From positions 51,764 through 115,763 of IMG/VR virus record IMGVR_UViG_3300045923_000005: DNA of 64,000 nt. One strand, 5' to 3'. The notes beneath the pieces were generated by a model. The model had not been told where the DNA came from, did not search any database, and was given only the letters and a program-made list of their open reading frames with translations. The DNA comes from a virus. Taxonomy: Duplodnaviria > Heunggongvirae > Uroviricota > Caudoviricetes. Of this stretch, positions 26,379-36,180 are shown piece after piece; the first letter of the stretch is position 1; each line of letters starts with the position of its first letter. Made by a program: the position numbers and the translations under genes.

Positions 26379-26879
26379 TTAGTGTGGGAAGTCGCTACCG
26401 TTGTACCCAACGTATGCGTTCGCCCAACCACCTGCTTGGTTTTCCTTGTTCACAGTCATGATCAAGGTGTATGAATCGAATGGCTCTGCACCGGTGACTA
26501 CCAATTGGATGTCGCCAGTTGTGTTTGCCAACGCGGTGTTGGCAATATTAGATGCCGCCAGTGGATTGTTAATGTACTGAGGAATATCACCTGATGTACG
26601 AGAACCCAAAATGACCGCATCGCTGTTAGCCGCACCGTTCTTACCAACCCACTGAACTTGCATATAACCGTTCGCTAGACCGGATGAGTAAACAACACGA
26701 GCTATAGAAAGGAGAGGCAAATGGGCATTTGGAGAAGTGTTCGCTCCAAACAAAGTATTGGCCTGAACGACAGTGTTGCTGTTGTTCGTTGCCGCGTTAA
26801 AGAATCCGACTACCTTGACGACTGCTTTCCAAGTGTCGTCATAGATGATCTGGACTTCTGGTGTATTTGCCGTTGCCAT
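26379..26879 (-). CDS. hypothetical head-block protein (166 aa)
   Basis: ORF between the internal-protein genes and gene 21. Confidence 0.4.
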   Translation of the reverse strand: MATANTPEVQIIYDDTWKAVVKVVGFFNAATNNSNTVVQANTLFGANTSPNAHLPLLSIARVVYSSGLANGYMQVQWVGKNGAANSDAVILGSRTSGDIPQYINNPLAASNIANTALANTTGDIQLVVTGAEPFDSYTLIMTVNKENQAGGWANAYVGYNGSDFPH

Positions 26880-26889
26880 GTATTATTCC

Positions 26890-28074
26890 TTACTTCAAAT
26901 GTACATCTACAAAATCGACGACCTTCTTCAGACCATCGGGGCTGCTATTTACGAGCGCTTCAACCTTGCGCTTATTGTGTTCGCGCATAAGACTATGTAG
27001 TCGCATGATACGTGCGGCAGTTCCGTGGTGGACCATCGCATTGGAACCGTTCTTAAATCTTACAGTTGCGGGAGTCTTAGACTTCGCAATGCTGTGTAGA
27101 GAATGGATCGTGGCTTCGACGATCGTCTCCTCACCGGTCAACAGAGCCTTCATAGGCTTGGACACTGGATGTTCTTTTGGTCCATGAGTAGTCGGATCAC
27201 CATGGCGACCCTTTAATAGTCTGTGGATGGCAATACGTTCCTTGCTACCGATCTTTGGCTTGGATGCCTTGATGGCCTTTTCTACAGCGGCTGGATTATA
27301 GGCTTCATCCATAAACTCTTCACCAACCAATGATGCCTGGTGCTTGAACTTGGCATAGTGATGGTTGGCCAATTCTGTTTCGCCGGCAGCATAGTGATTG
27401 GCGGCAGCCTTCAGATGGGTTGCAGCCTTCTCACCATAACGGGATTCAACATGGTTCAGCAAGTGGTGAGCTTTTGGGCGACCGGGTAGCTGAGAGGAAT
27501 GGACGTATGCACCAAACAGAGTATCAGACGGTCTTGTGTTTTCGTCGATGCCTGCCTTGTCGTTAGCAGAAGTGTGCGTGCGCAGAACTGTTTCGCCTTC
27601 ATGATTGGTAGAGATGTGGTGCTTTTCGCCACGATACTCGGTATCACGACCTTCGCCACTCTTTGTCAAACCCAAGTGTTTAGCAACAGTATCAAGCTTC
27701 TTAGTGGTGCCGCCACGGAACCAAGACACGTGCGCGCCGTTCTGCTTCTCTTGTTCCATGTGAGTGAAACCGTGCTTCTTGAAGACACCCTTGGCAGTGT
27801 GGTGCTTCTGTAGATTACCAAACTCACCCTCTTCGAGAGTTTCCTCAGTAGCAGTGATGGCTGTACCAATAGTAGAGATCTTGTGCTGACCTAGAGTCTG
27901 AGGATTGTATGGAATAGCTAGTTCAATATCTAGATTATCATTCTTGTATGTAGCTACACGTTGACCATTAGGGAACAGCCGTATACCCTTACGCCGCATG
28001 ATCAGAACTGTTGGGGGATCCTGAAATGCGGTAAGCTCGTTGATAGGGGACTTGATCTCACTTAGTCGCTTCAT
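26890..28074 (-). CDS. His-rich protein (394 aa) with EETLEE/EETIVE motifs, candidate internal head protein
   Basis: about 9% His; motifs TEETLEEGEF and GEETIVEA resemble the EETLDE linkers of the adjacent 768-aa protein. Confidence 0.55.
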   Translation of the reverse strand: MKRLSEIKSPINELTAFQDPPTVLIMRRKGIRLFPNGQRVATYKNDNLDIELAIPYNPQTLGQHKISTIGTAITATEETLEEGEFGNLQKHHTAKGVFKKHGFTHMEQEKQNGAHVSWFRGGTTKKLDTVAKHLGLTKSGEGRDTEYRGEKHHISTNHEGETVLRTHTSANDKAGIDENTRPSDTLFGAYVHSSQLPGRPKAHHLLNHVESRYGEKAATHLKAAANHYAAGETELANHHYAKFKHQASLVGEEFMDEAYNPAAVEKAIKASKPKIGSKERIAIHRLLKGRHGDPTTHGPKEHPVSKPMKALLTGEETIVEATIHSLHSIAKSKTPATVRFKNGSNAMVHHGTAARIMRLHSLMREHNKRKVEALVNSSPDGLKKVVDFVDVHLK

Positions 28075-30380
28075 TATTTCTTCTTGCTGTTCAAATGTCT
28101 TCGTACAGAACGCTTCAACTTGTTTCTTGTATGTATGCCGGCAGCATCGTGGTTAGGATTATCACCTGACTCTACGACCGTCTCTTCATCGATGTGGCCA
28201 GAGTCACCATGGTGATTCCATAAACCAACTTTTCGGCCTGTTTCTTTATGGACAGCGTAAGTCAGACCACCGGTAGGACCCTGCACATGCGCGGTCTTAG
28301 ATGCGTGCTCTTTCCACTTATCGAAATCTGTATAGACTGTTGATGTTTTATTCTGCTCTGTGATTTCTTCTGATACGTTCTTGATCTTGTCCCAATAATG
28401 AGATGACATGTGACCGTGGCCATGTCTCCAAGCAGTCATTCGAGCATCCTTCTCCATACTCTTCGCTCTATCCGCGTAAGTGTTAGGAACATTTTGTGAA
28501 TTGTATTCATGACGCTTAGAGAAATGTGTGTGCAATTCTTCTGGTGTCATTGCACCTAGTTTTTGCTTGTGTTTGATAACACTAGATGGCATGCGCGCAC
28601 CTTCATCAAGTACATCTTCGTCAACTGTATCTTCCTTTACAGTCTTAGAACCTTTGGCAATAGACACATGTTCCTTACGAACAATGTGATAAGCATCAGA
28701 ATCAGGCTTAATGATATGAACTTCGGTCTTGAAAGGAACCATTTGACTAAACGTATGTTCACGATGAACAGAATGGACAACACCCTCGTGTTCCTTACCG
28801 TCTTCGTGCCATTTTACATTCCTTCCTTCCCAAGGATGGTTGTTGATACGACCTGAGCGAATTTCGTCGAGAGTTTCTTCGCTTACAGCAATGTGGTGCA
28901 TCCAACCCTTGTTGGCACCAGGATGCCAAACACCGTGAATGCCGCCGGACTTGTTACGAGCGCTGACGTGACCCTGACCAGAATGAAGTTCTAGACCCAA
29001 AGCCTCAGCATGCTTGTGCCAAGTTGTAGCATCTGTGTGCTTAACTACATTGTGTTCTGCTTCGGCCAATGATTCATTCTTGGCGCCATAGTAAGCACCA
29101 AGAGCGCGCTTGATGCGCTGCTTCTTAGAATCACCCTTGAACATCTTGTTCCTAGAGTGTACAAAGTCATCAACGTAATCGGAAGCAGTAGCACCCTTGC
29201 CTAGAGTCTCGTGGATGGTTTCCTCGAACTTGGCAAGATGATGGAAATACTTGGATTGGATAGCAGAGGCCAATGGATGGTTGCGCCCATGAGAAGCACC
29301 AAGATTATTGTGGACAGCCGCGACATGACGCTTCATTGCTGAATGTTCTTCAGGAGTACCGAAGTGCTTAGCGAGCATCAGGCTATTTTCAGCATGATAG
29401 TTCTCGTCTTCGTTCTTGCGGAACTTATTCAACATGGCCTTGGTTTCATCCAAAGTCTCTTCAGAAAGCTTCTTGAACTCTGACTTGGTGTGACCGAAAG
29501 GATAGCCGTTGACTTCCTTTGGATGACCTTCCCAATTGATGTGATGGTATGGTTGATCGATGCCCTGATGAACTGCTTGATAGGTACCCTTGGTTCCTTT
29601 CTTTACAACATGCTCACCCTCGGTGCCGCCGTCTGTGTCCTTAGTTGCAACTACAGTATCACCCTTCTTGAAAGCCTCATCAAGAGTTTCTTCATGAAGA
29701 GCTAAGTTCTTTGGTGAATGTTGAGAAGAGGTGCCATCACGAAACTCAACGCGATGATGCTTAGATATTGGACCAGCTGGACCACCAATATTTCCATAGG
29801 AATGACCGGCCACCTGACCTACCATTCCAAAGTGAGGATGGCCACGATCAGTAACTTTGACTTTTGCTCCAACTGGGAACTTGACCTTGCCTTCATCAAT
29901 TGTCTCTTCACCAATGTGGCCAAAGTTCTGAGCGAACTCAGCCATCTTAGCAGCATGACCGCCAGCGGCCTTACCCTTGGCAATATCAGCAGCGGTGATC
30001 TTAGCGTCTTCCGGCTTTCCTAGCCAACGATGGAAGGCTCCCTTCTTCACGTGGATGGCTGTGGTTTCATCCAAGTCTTCCTTGATGTGTTCGAGTTTGT
30101 CCTGGTGGTGCCATCCTGTACCACCACCTTCATGAGCTACTCTGAAAACGTACTTGGCATTCGCACCTTCACCTTCAACATGGTGGGCAGCATCAATGTG
30201 TCCAACAGCACCTGTTTGCTTGTGCTTGACTGTATCACCTATATGGAACCCTGTATAGGCCTCTCCAACAACCGGTGTATCCAGACGACCTACGTTTGGA
30301 CTGATAGTTATTGCTTGACTTGACTTAGATAGCTTCTTAGCTTCCTTTGCCTCGGCATAGAATGCTTTTAGAACGCCCAT
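28074..30380 (-). CDS. large His/Lys-rich repeat protein (768 aa) with recurrent (S)EETLDE linker motifs, candidate internal head protein
   Basis: Internal repeats of G-D/A-x-V-K…G-x-V-G-H domains, separated by LHEETLDEA, LSEETLDET, VSEETLDEI, GEETIDEG, EETIHET, DEETVVES. Each contains L/I-x-E, the T4 gp21 cleavage consensus. Confidence 0.65.
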   Translation of the reverse strand: MGVLKAFYAEAKEAKKLSKSSQAITISPNVGRLDTPVVGEAYTGFHIGDTVKHKQTGAVGHIDAAHHVEGEGANAKYVFRVAHEGGGTGWHHQDKLEHIKEDLDETTAIHVKKGAFHRWLGKPEDAKITAADIAKGKAAGGHAAKMAEFAQNFGHIGEETIDEGKVKFPVGAKVKVTDRGHPHFGMVGQVAGHSYGNIGGPAGPISKHHRVEFRDGTSSQHSPKNLALHEETLDEAFKKGDTVVATKDTDGGTEGEHVVKKGTKGTYQAVHQGIDQPYHHINWEGHPKEVNGYPFGHTKSEFKKLSEETLDETKAMLNKFRKNEDENYHAENSLMLAKHFGTPEEHSAMKRHVAAVHNNLGASHGRNHPLASAIQSKYFHHLAKFEETIHETLGKGATASDYVDDFVHSRNKMFKGDSKKQRIKRALGAYYGAKNESLAEAEHNVVKHTDATTWHKHAEALGLELHSGQGHVSARNKSGGIHGVWHPGANKGWMHHIAVSEETLDEIRSGRINNHPWEGRNVKWHEDGKEHEGVVHSVHREHTFSQMVPFKTEVHIIKPDSDAYHIVRKEHVSIAKGSKTVKEDTVDEDVLDEGARMPSSVIKHKQKLGAMTPEELHTHFSKRHEYNSQNVPNTYADRAKSMEKDARMTAWRHGHGHMSSHYWDKIKNVSEEITEQNKTSTVYTDFDKWKEHASKTAHVQGPTGGLTYAVHKETGRKVGLWNHHGDSGHIDEETVVESGDNPNHDAAGIHTRNKLKRSVRRHLNSKKK

Positions 30381-30399
30381 GGTGAACTCCTTTCTGGAG

Positions 30400-30927
30400 T
30401 TAGCCTATGTGGCTAACATGCTTGACGTCTACACCCTTAGAAGTGTGAGCGACGGTGAACTTGTGATGACCAGCAGCGCCTAGAACGTGATATGCGTTCT
30501 CGTGCTTGTCTGGATCAATGTTGCCGTTGTCACGATGAATGCTATAGTCTGGATGATCGAACGCAGTGAAAGTACCGCGACGAGAAATTGCTGGGCAGTG
30601 ACCAGATGCGCAAGCATGGACCGCGTGTGCCATATGCTCTACAGTACCGGCTTGAATGACTTTCTCATCCAATGCTTCTATTTCAGCATGGGAGAATTCT
30701 TCTTTTACAGAACCCTTGGATGGCAATGTTGGCTTGCCTTTGATGGCTGGCTTCTTCCAAACCTTCTTAACGCCACCAGATACACCGGCTTCGCCAAGCA
30801 ACCTGCCGGCGACGACTACCTTCTCTTCAGCAATGGTAGCATCGACTTTTTCTTGAATCTTTTCGTCAAGAGCAGCCTTGAACTCGATTGCGTTCTTGTC
30901 TTGTGCAAGTTGAACTAGTGATACCAT
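30400..30927 (-). CDS. hypothetical prohead-core-like protein (175 aa), His-rich C-terminus
   Basis: occupies the gp67/gp68 position downstream of the portal gene; contains EIEALDEK and HMAHAVHACASGHC. Confidence 0.45.
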   Translation of the reverse strand: MVSLVQLAQDKNAIEFKAALDEKIQEKVDATIAEEKVVVAGRLLGEAGVSGGVKKVWKKPAIKGKPTLPSKGSVKEEFSHAEIEALDEKVIQAGTVEHMAHAVHACASGHCPAISRRGTFTAFDHPDYSIHRDNGNIDPDKHENAYHVLGAAGHHKFTVAHTSKGVDVKHVSHIG

Positions 30928-30982
30928 TGTGAAACTCTCTTAAGGTTTGGAGGAGACTGTTATTATTTAGCGAATCGTGATG

Positions 30983-32650
30983 TTATGAAAGAAGATTGTC
31001 CACACGCTTGTTCAACTCTTGTGAATTAGCCGTTGGTTGTGGCTCTGCAGCGCCAGCAGGAGCGGCTGGCTTAGCAGCCGGATTACCCGGACCAGGTAGG
31101 TTAGGATTTGGAGGAGAGCCACCGCCAGAGTCCTCGGCTTCCTTAGCCAATGTGTCCTGTTCTTTCTTGATTTCTTTGTCCATCTTCTTGATTTCATCTT
31201 CGTCAAGCTGAAGGATGTTCTCTTGGACCCAACGCTTGCTAAAGTATTCGCCAACATATGGAGTCAACAAGATCAGGGTGTTGACGCGGTTAGTGATTAG
31301 CTCGGCTTCCTTCAATTCCGTGAAGTTGTTATCCATGACGAACTTGTAATGGCAATCTTGCTTGAACTGATCCCATTCTTCAAGAGTACAGACACCCTTC
31401 AGGGTCAGCTGACGCTTCAGCAACTCATCAAACAGGATCGTGAAACGATTGCGCAGCTTGACGATGAATTTGTTGAACTTGATTTCATCGCGTGTGATGG
31501 TATCAGTCTTGCCCAAAGAGAAACCTTGGTTGGTTTCCATACGGGACACAGGAACGTTCAATGCGCGGTAGAGCTTCTTCTCGAAGTACAGGACAGAGTC
31601 CATGTTGTCGAAACCCTGACCGGCTGGAAGTGTCGTGATTTCAGTACTCTTATCACCTGAGCGACGTGGCATCCAGAAGTCTTCAAGCATAGAAAGATGC
31701 TTGCGATCATCCATAACCTGACCAGTGCTTGCGTCATATGTTAGCTTGTTGCGGAACTTGGTCATCAAGTCCTTCATGTAGGCTTCCGCCTTAGCACGAG
31801 GAAGGTTGCCAGTATCACAATAGAACACACGACGCTCAGGAGCGCGGGTTACTTTGTAGATGACGGTTGCGTCTTCGATGAACCGCAATTGGTTCATTGG
31901 ACGAATGGCCTTGTGTAGATAGCTCAGCACAACAGACTTGGCCGGGTCGAACAGACCAGAAGTCAAGTGGATGACTGAGTCTTCAGATAGCTTGACGCCA
32001 CCGGAGAAATTGCCGATGATCTGAGGAGTCTGAACGTTGTTGTTGACGATCTTTTCGTTGTAAAGATAGAAGACTTCAATCTTCTTGATTACGTCTACGC
32101 CTTCTTCGTTCTTCTCTTTCGTGATGTTACGAATCTTACGGATACGACGTGGGTCAATGAACGTCAGCTGCTGGATACCATCGCGAGGGTTCTCCGGATT
32201 GATTGTGACGTTCCAATAGGCTCGTCCGTCAACGTACCAACGACGGAAGATGTCAGATCCATAGCGGTGGAAGTCGAGAAGCTTAAGAACATTCTCGAAC
32301 TCATCCCGAATCATAGTCTTAATGTTGTCTGGCTGGTCGAGCTCGTCTAGTTCGATCTGGACGCACTTGCCACGCTCGTCATGGACGATCGCTTCATTGA
32401 TAATATCGTCGATGGCATTTTCCATTTCTGGTTGCATAGCCATCGTGCGGTACTTGGAGAGAAGGTCAACTTCACTTCTGTATGACCCATCGAGATCGAC
32501 GTAAATTCCGTAATGTGCACCGGAAGTGATATTGACAGCGCCGTCATCCAACGCAGGTGAAACAACGCTATTTACTATCGGCTGTTCGCCGTCTTCTTCC
32601 TTACCATCGCGTTGGATAGTGAAGCCAAATAGTTTGATAGGTGCTGCCAT
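30983..32650 (-). CDS. 20: portal vertex protein gp20
   Basis: DIFRRWYVDGRAYW versus T4 DHFRRWYVDSRIFF; VTRAPERRVFYCDTGNLPRAKAEAYM versus T4 [26 protein letters not shown]. Confidence 0.9.
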   Translation of the reverse strand: MAAPIKLFGFTIQRDGKEEDGEQPIVNSVVSPALDDGAVNITSGAHYGIYVDLDGSYRSEVDLLSKYRTMAMQPEMENAIDDIINEAIVHDERGKCVQIELDELDQPDNIKTMIRDEFENVLKLLDFHRYGSDIFRRWYVDGRAYWNVTINPENPRDGIQQLTFIDPRRIRKIRNITKEKNEEGVDVIKKIEVFYLYNEKIVNNNVQTPQIIGNFSGGVKLSEDSVIHLTSGLFDPAKSVVLSYLHKAIRPMNQLRFIEDATVIYKVTRAPERRVFYCDTGNLPRAKAEAYMKDLMTKFRNKLTYDASTGQVMDDRKHLSMLEDFWMPRRSGDKSTEITTLPAGQGFDNMDSVLYFEKKLYRALNVPVSRMETNQGFSLGKTDTITRDEIKFNKFIVKLRNRFTILFDELLKRQLTLKGVCTLEEWDQFKQDCHYKFVMDNNFTELKEAELITNRVNTLILLTPYVGEYFSKRWVQENILQLDEDEIKKMDKEIKKEQDTLAKEAEDSGGGSPPNPNLPGPGNPAAKPAAPAGAAEPQPTANSQELNKRVDNLLS

Positions 32651-33141
32651 TAAATAACCCTGCCTTGTCTATCTCTATTTAGGGACCGACCTTTTCGGTA
32701 ACCGGTTGGAGGGAGGACAGTTTTCAGTATGTAGATATTGTCCTGGCCGTTGGTGTACCAAACGCAAGGTGACTTACCCTTCATACGTTCAGAGATGATC
32801 TCTCGTGCCTTCTCGCTGTGACGCTTACCGTGCATTGGATTAGCCTGTCCGTGGTGCTGATGCTTGCCTCGGTTGCTCTCGCTTATCCTACGCTTCTGTT
32901 CTTCTGACTTCGCAACACCAGTAAAGGTTTTGCGTGCAGTGTGGGAGTTTACGATGCGGGTTGCTTCTTCCTTAGTTACTAGACCAAGAAGACCCTTGTA
33001 GGCTAGCTCGTCTTCCCATCTACCGAATTGTAAGAACAATTGGCGATGAGCCTCAGCATGTTCTTCAACAGTCAAAAGTGCAATGTTTTCAGGGGAATCG
33101 GAGCCACCGGAATGGCGAGGTACAATGTGATGTTTGTGCAT
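32650..33141 (-). CDS. HNH homing endonuclease with NUMOD3 repeats
   Basis: HHIVPRHSGGSDSPENIALLTVEEHAEAH (HNH) plus GVAKSEEQKRRISESNRGK / GKRHSEKAREIISERMKGK; inserted between gene 20 and gene 19. Confidence 0.75.
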   Translation of the reverse strand: MHKHHIVPRHSGGSDSPENIALLTVEEHAEAHRQLFLQFGRWEDELAYKGLLGLVTKEEATRIVNSHTARKTFTGVAKSEEQKRRISESNRGKHQHHGQANPMHGKRHSEKAREIISERMKGKSPCVWYTNGQDNIYILKTVLPPTGYRKGRSLNRDRQGRVI

Positions 33142-33245
33142 AATGTATTTCTAGTGTTATTTAGGTATTAAATATTTATGAATCAAATACTTAAACCACC
33201 ATTCATAAGACGTCGAGGACTAAATACTAGACAATTAAGGTTTAT

Positions 33246-33328
33246 GCGTCCGTGGCGAAATGCATACGCACCGAGCTACCAACTCGGCGGTTAACACCAT
33301 GCGGGGTCGATTCCCGCCGGACGCACCA
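33246..33328 (+). tRNA. tRNA-like gene (type II-like, long variable arm; encoded CCA); identity ambiguous
   Basis: Acceptor GCGTCCG/CGGACGC, discriminator A, CCA. T-arm GCGGG-GTCGATT-CCCGC. Anticodon stem CCGAG/CTCGG with loop CTACCAA (formal anticodon ACC). 13-nt variable region. G at position 54. On the opposite strand to all neighbours; possibly a pseudo-tRNA. Confidence 0.45.
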
Positions 33329-33337
33329 CCCTAAACT

Positions 33338-33904
33338 TTACTGCGCTGCGATTGCGAAGTCTCCAGCGCCAGAGCTCAAGTAGTATTGAACTGCTAGGGT
33401 GACGGTGAACTCTTCGATCGTATCATTCTGGTTCCAGTCGACTTCGATTGGAGAAACATCCAATGGCCAGATACCGATGAATTGGTATTGAGCGATTGGA
33501 GAACCAACCTTGCCGTACTGAGTAACAAGAGCATCAGAACCGTATCCGCCGTCGATTACAGTTGCTGCTGGATTGCGCAAGTTAGCCGTTGGATCATTGA
33601 TACCATTCGCCCATTGTTCGAAAGCAGAACGCAAGGTGAAATCTTCGTCGTTGATGACTTGGATAGTCCAGTCAGCAAACGTGCGGTTGCCCGCAAACTT
33701 AACTTCACGGCCGAAGTAGTACAAAGGAGCCATGCCAATAGAGGTACCAGGAAGCTGAGCGGCCTTGACTCTGAAAGGAGTCTGAGAGCCGGCAGCGCCT
33801 GCAAGTTGGATCCAGTTAGGGAAAGGAAGCTGCACGTCGAAAAGGTTCGCACGAGCGCCGTCAAATGCCAAACTGGTACGAAACTGAGTCACATCGAAAG
33901 CCAT
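33338..33904 (-). CDS. 19: tail tube protein gp19
   Basis: GNRTFADWTIQVINDEDF / FTVTLAVQYY versus T4 GDRTFDDWTVTVMNDEAH / FEVTLALDYW. Confidence 0.85.
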   Translation of the reverse strand: MAFDVTQFRTSLAFDGARANLFDVQLPFPNWIQLAGAAGSQTPFRVKAAQLPGTSIGMAPLYYFGREVKFAGNRTFADWTIQVINDEDFTLRSAFEQWANGINDPTANLRNPAATVIDGGYGSDALVTQYGKVGSPIAQYQFIGIWPLDVSPIEVDWNQNDTIEEFTVTLAVQYYLSSGAGDFAIAAQ

Positions 33905-33908
33905 ACTC

Positions 33909-34301
33909 TTACACTCCTATCCAAATTCGTTTGCCGGTAACTGGATCTTTCTTCCAACTCTTACCAGCAAAGGCTGCGCCCATCTTTTGCTTGGACTCGG
34001 CCGTGTGGGACTTACCTTTCATGCCCACGTGGTTCTTTGTTATATTTAGTCTGGCTGCTTCAGTATGCTTATACGCACGCTTTGCCGCTTTCTCTTCTTC
34101 AGACTTCTTCAATCCTAAATGTGCTCGTCTATTCTTTTCCTTAGTTTCTTCAGTATGAGATTTCCCGTACCAAAATGCCTCTTTTCCTTTAGGGACAGGA
34201 GGTCCTGGAATCTTCTCACAACCTTCTGGTCGTGTTAGATTAAGAGTATCACCCATTGTTGGGTTCCACTCTAATCCTAATGCTTCAGCCAGTCCTCTCA
34301 T
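33909..34301 (-). CDS. NUMOD3-repeat DNA-binding protein, paralogue of the 17099..17536 product
   Basis: N-terminus MRGLAEALGLEWNP versus MSRQLADVLGLEWNP; repeats GKSHTEETKEKNRRAHLG / GKSHTAESKQKMG. Confidence 0.5.
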   Translation of the reverse strand: MRGLAEALGLEWNPTMGDTLNLTRPEGCEKIPGPPVPKGKEAFWYGKSHTEETKEKNRRAHLGLKKSEEEKAAKRAYKHTEAARLNITKNHVGMKGKSHTAESKQKMGAAFAGKSWKKDPVTGKRIWIGV

Positions 34302-34304
34302 TTA

Positions 34305-36071
34305 TTACTGAGTACCAGACAGACCAATCACCTCAGAGAAGCTTACACCCTGAGCAACAGCAACGAAGTTCAACAAGATGAAGTTGATGCTGTAGGCTGG
34401 CTGGATGTAGATGTCTCCAACGAACTGGTTGGCGTTGACGATATCAGCAGTGTTGTTGCTTCCGTCACAGACAACCTGGAATGCGCTGATACCGCGCTGT
34501 CCCTGGATCGTTCTTAGGTAAGGAGTGATCAAGGCAACGAACTGCGCGCGAGTGAACGTATCATTGAACTCGAACAAGCTGGCACGGGATGCCAAACTGA
34601 TCTGTTGCTCAATGTTGATGAACAAACGGCGAACGTTGATGTGATCAAACGCTGAGTTGAAGTTCAAGTGAGTCTTGTCACCATACAGTAATGTTCCCTG
34701 ACCAGGTAGGCTGACAACAGGGTTGACGGCTGCCTGGTAAAGAGTGTCACGATCTGTCTTACCTGGGTTGTAGGCAAGCTTGGTGACGTTGTTGATAACA
34801 CCGCGCTGCACGCCTGCAGGAGACCACCATGGGGCCTTAACTTGATCTGTACGTGCACATAGACCGGCGATGTCACCGTTCAATGGGATCCAACGATACT
34901 TGTCGTTGTATTGGTCATACTGGTACTTGTAACCGGTATCTAGGACACCGTAAGAAGACCATGCGACGTTCTGAGACCATGCGACTACCGCTGCTGCGGC
35001 AGCACCGGCACCAACTGCCTGGCAAGCAGACAATGGGGCAGAGGCGAAGGCAACGCAGTCCATACGCTCTTGAGCGACGTCCTGGATAGCGAATGACTGA
35101 AGGGTTGTGTTGGCAGTACCGGTCATCAACAGGTTGATCTGAACGAATGCTGGATCTTCGAACAAAGCCAAAGAGTTGATGGTGTTACCGGCTGCGCCGA
35201 CAACTTGCGTTCCGTTGTTACCGAACTGGAAGTTGGCGATGTTTGCCGTTGGATCTGCACCGAAGCCACCGGCTCCGACCATAGAGTTGACGGTGTTGCC
35301 CCAACCTACGACGTTAGCAGATGGGACACCTGCAACGTAGACGTACTGAGACTGGCGCCAGATGACTTCCTTGTAATAGTTGCTCTGACCAAATGGGTTC
35401 AATGCGTCAGATGCACGAGATAGACCCTGGTAGACTTCAAGGACGGCATTTGCGGTTCCAGTGAACTGACCACCAGCATCGACAACAAGAATGTGAAGTT
35501 CATCACCGGTGACCTGACCATTCGTCTGTTGAGTTACGTATGGAGTGGTGTTTGGTGCCCAGCTGAAGTAGCCAGCGAAGTTGTACAATGGGCTAGAAGT
35601 GTTTGCACGGATTGCGTTGAAAGCAGCCGTGTTAGCGAACGTATAGACCGCAAGACTGTCACCAAGAGAACCTGGGAAGCGAGCGATGTAGTTGTTTGCG
35701 GCAAGCAAAGAGTTGTAGATACCGTTGAAGTAAACTTCTTGGTTGTCAATTTCCATTGCGGCTGCTGCGGTGTTTGCACCAGATGCGCCGGTAGCGTTCA
35801 ACATGTTTGGAGCCTGATCGCGGACGATCTGGATGTTGTTGCTGTAGCTTAGGAAGTTCCAAGCAGTGAAGAATGATTCGGCTGTGCTGTCTGTTGGATC
35901 ACCAAAGGTGTTGACCAACTGCACCTGACTAGAGATCGGGGTGATGAAGTTGACAGGACCCCAATTGAATGGGCCAGCGAATCCGCCGATAGACGTTGCA
36001 ACCGCAGGGATACCTGTGGTTAGGTCTGCTTCAGCGATGTTAATGCCTGGGGAAATTGGAAAATTTGCCAT
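34305..36071 (-). CDS. 18: tail sheath protein gp18
   Basis: YKYQYDQYNDKYRWIPLNGDIAGLCARTD…INVRRLF…YIQPAYSINFILLNFVA versus T4 YKYQYDKYNDVNRWVPLAADIAGLCARTD…INVRRLF…YIQPARSINYITLNFVA. Confidence 0.9.
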   Translation of the reverse strand: MANFPISPGINIAEADLTTGIPAVATSIGGFAGPFNWGPVNFITPISSQVQLVNTFGDPTDSTAESFFTAWNFLSYSNNIQIVRDQAPNMLNATGASGANTAAAAMEIDNQEVYFNGIYNSLLAANNYIARFPGSLGDSLAVYTFANTAAFNAIRANTSSPLYNFAGYFSWAPNTTPYVTQQTNGQVTGDELHILVVDAGGQFTGTANAVLEVYQGLSRASDALNPFGQSNYYKEVIWRQSQYVYVAGVPSANVVGWGNTVNSMVGAGGFGADPTANIANFQFGNNGTQVVGAAGNTINSLALFEDPAFVQINLLMTGTANTTLQSFAIQDVAQERMDCVAFASAPLSACQAVGAGAAAAAVVAWSQNVAWSSYGVLDTGYKYQYDQYNDKYRWIPLNGDIAGLCARTDQVKAPWWSPAGVQRGVINNVTKLAYNPGKTDRDTLYQAAVNPVVSLPGQGTLLYGDKTHLNFNSAFDHINVRRLFINIEQQISLASRASLFEFNDTFTRAQFVALITPYLRTIQGQRGISAFQVVCDGSNNTADIVNANQFVGDIYIQPAYSINFILLNFVAVAQGVSFSEVIGLSGTQ

Positions 36072-36124
36072 TGCGCGCGGCTCCTAATGAATATCGTATT
36101 ATTTAGGTTTCCGGCAATCTCTTC

Positions 36125-36154
36125 CCCAAAACGCAAAAGGACCCCGAAGGGTCC
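36125..36154 (-). terminator. rho-independent terminator upstream of gene 18
   Basis: Minus strand GGACCCttcgGGGTCC followed by TTTTGCGTTTTGGGG, then a CTAAATAAT late-promoter-like box and GGAG SD before the gp18 ATG. Confidence 0.65.
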
Positions 36155-36180
36155 TGTTGAGGAGCGCGCTTACGACGCTA

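Noticed and set aside
33246-33328. tRNA folded on the minus strand, to match orientation of neighbouring genes
   Set aside because: On the minus strand the T-arm-like GGGAATCGACCCC segment falls in the D-arm position and no acceptable T-arm or CCA exists; only the plus-strand cloverleaf closes.
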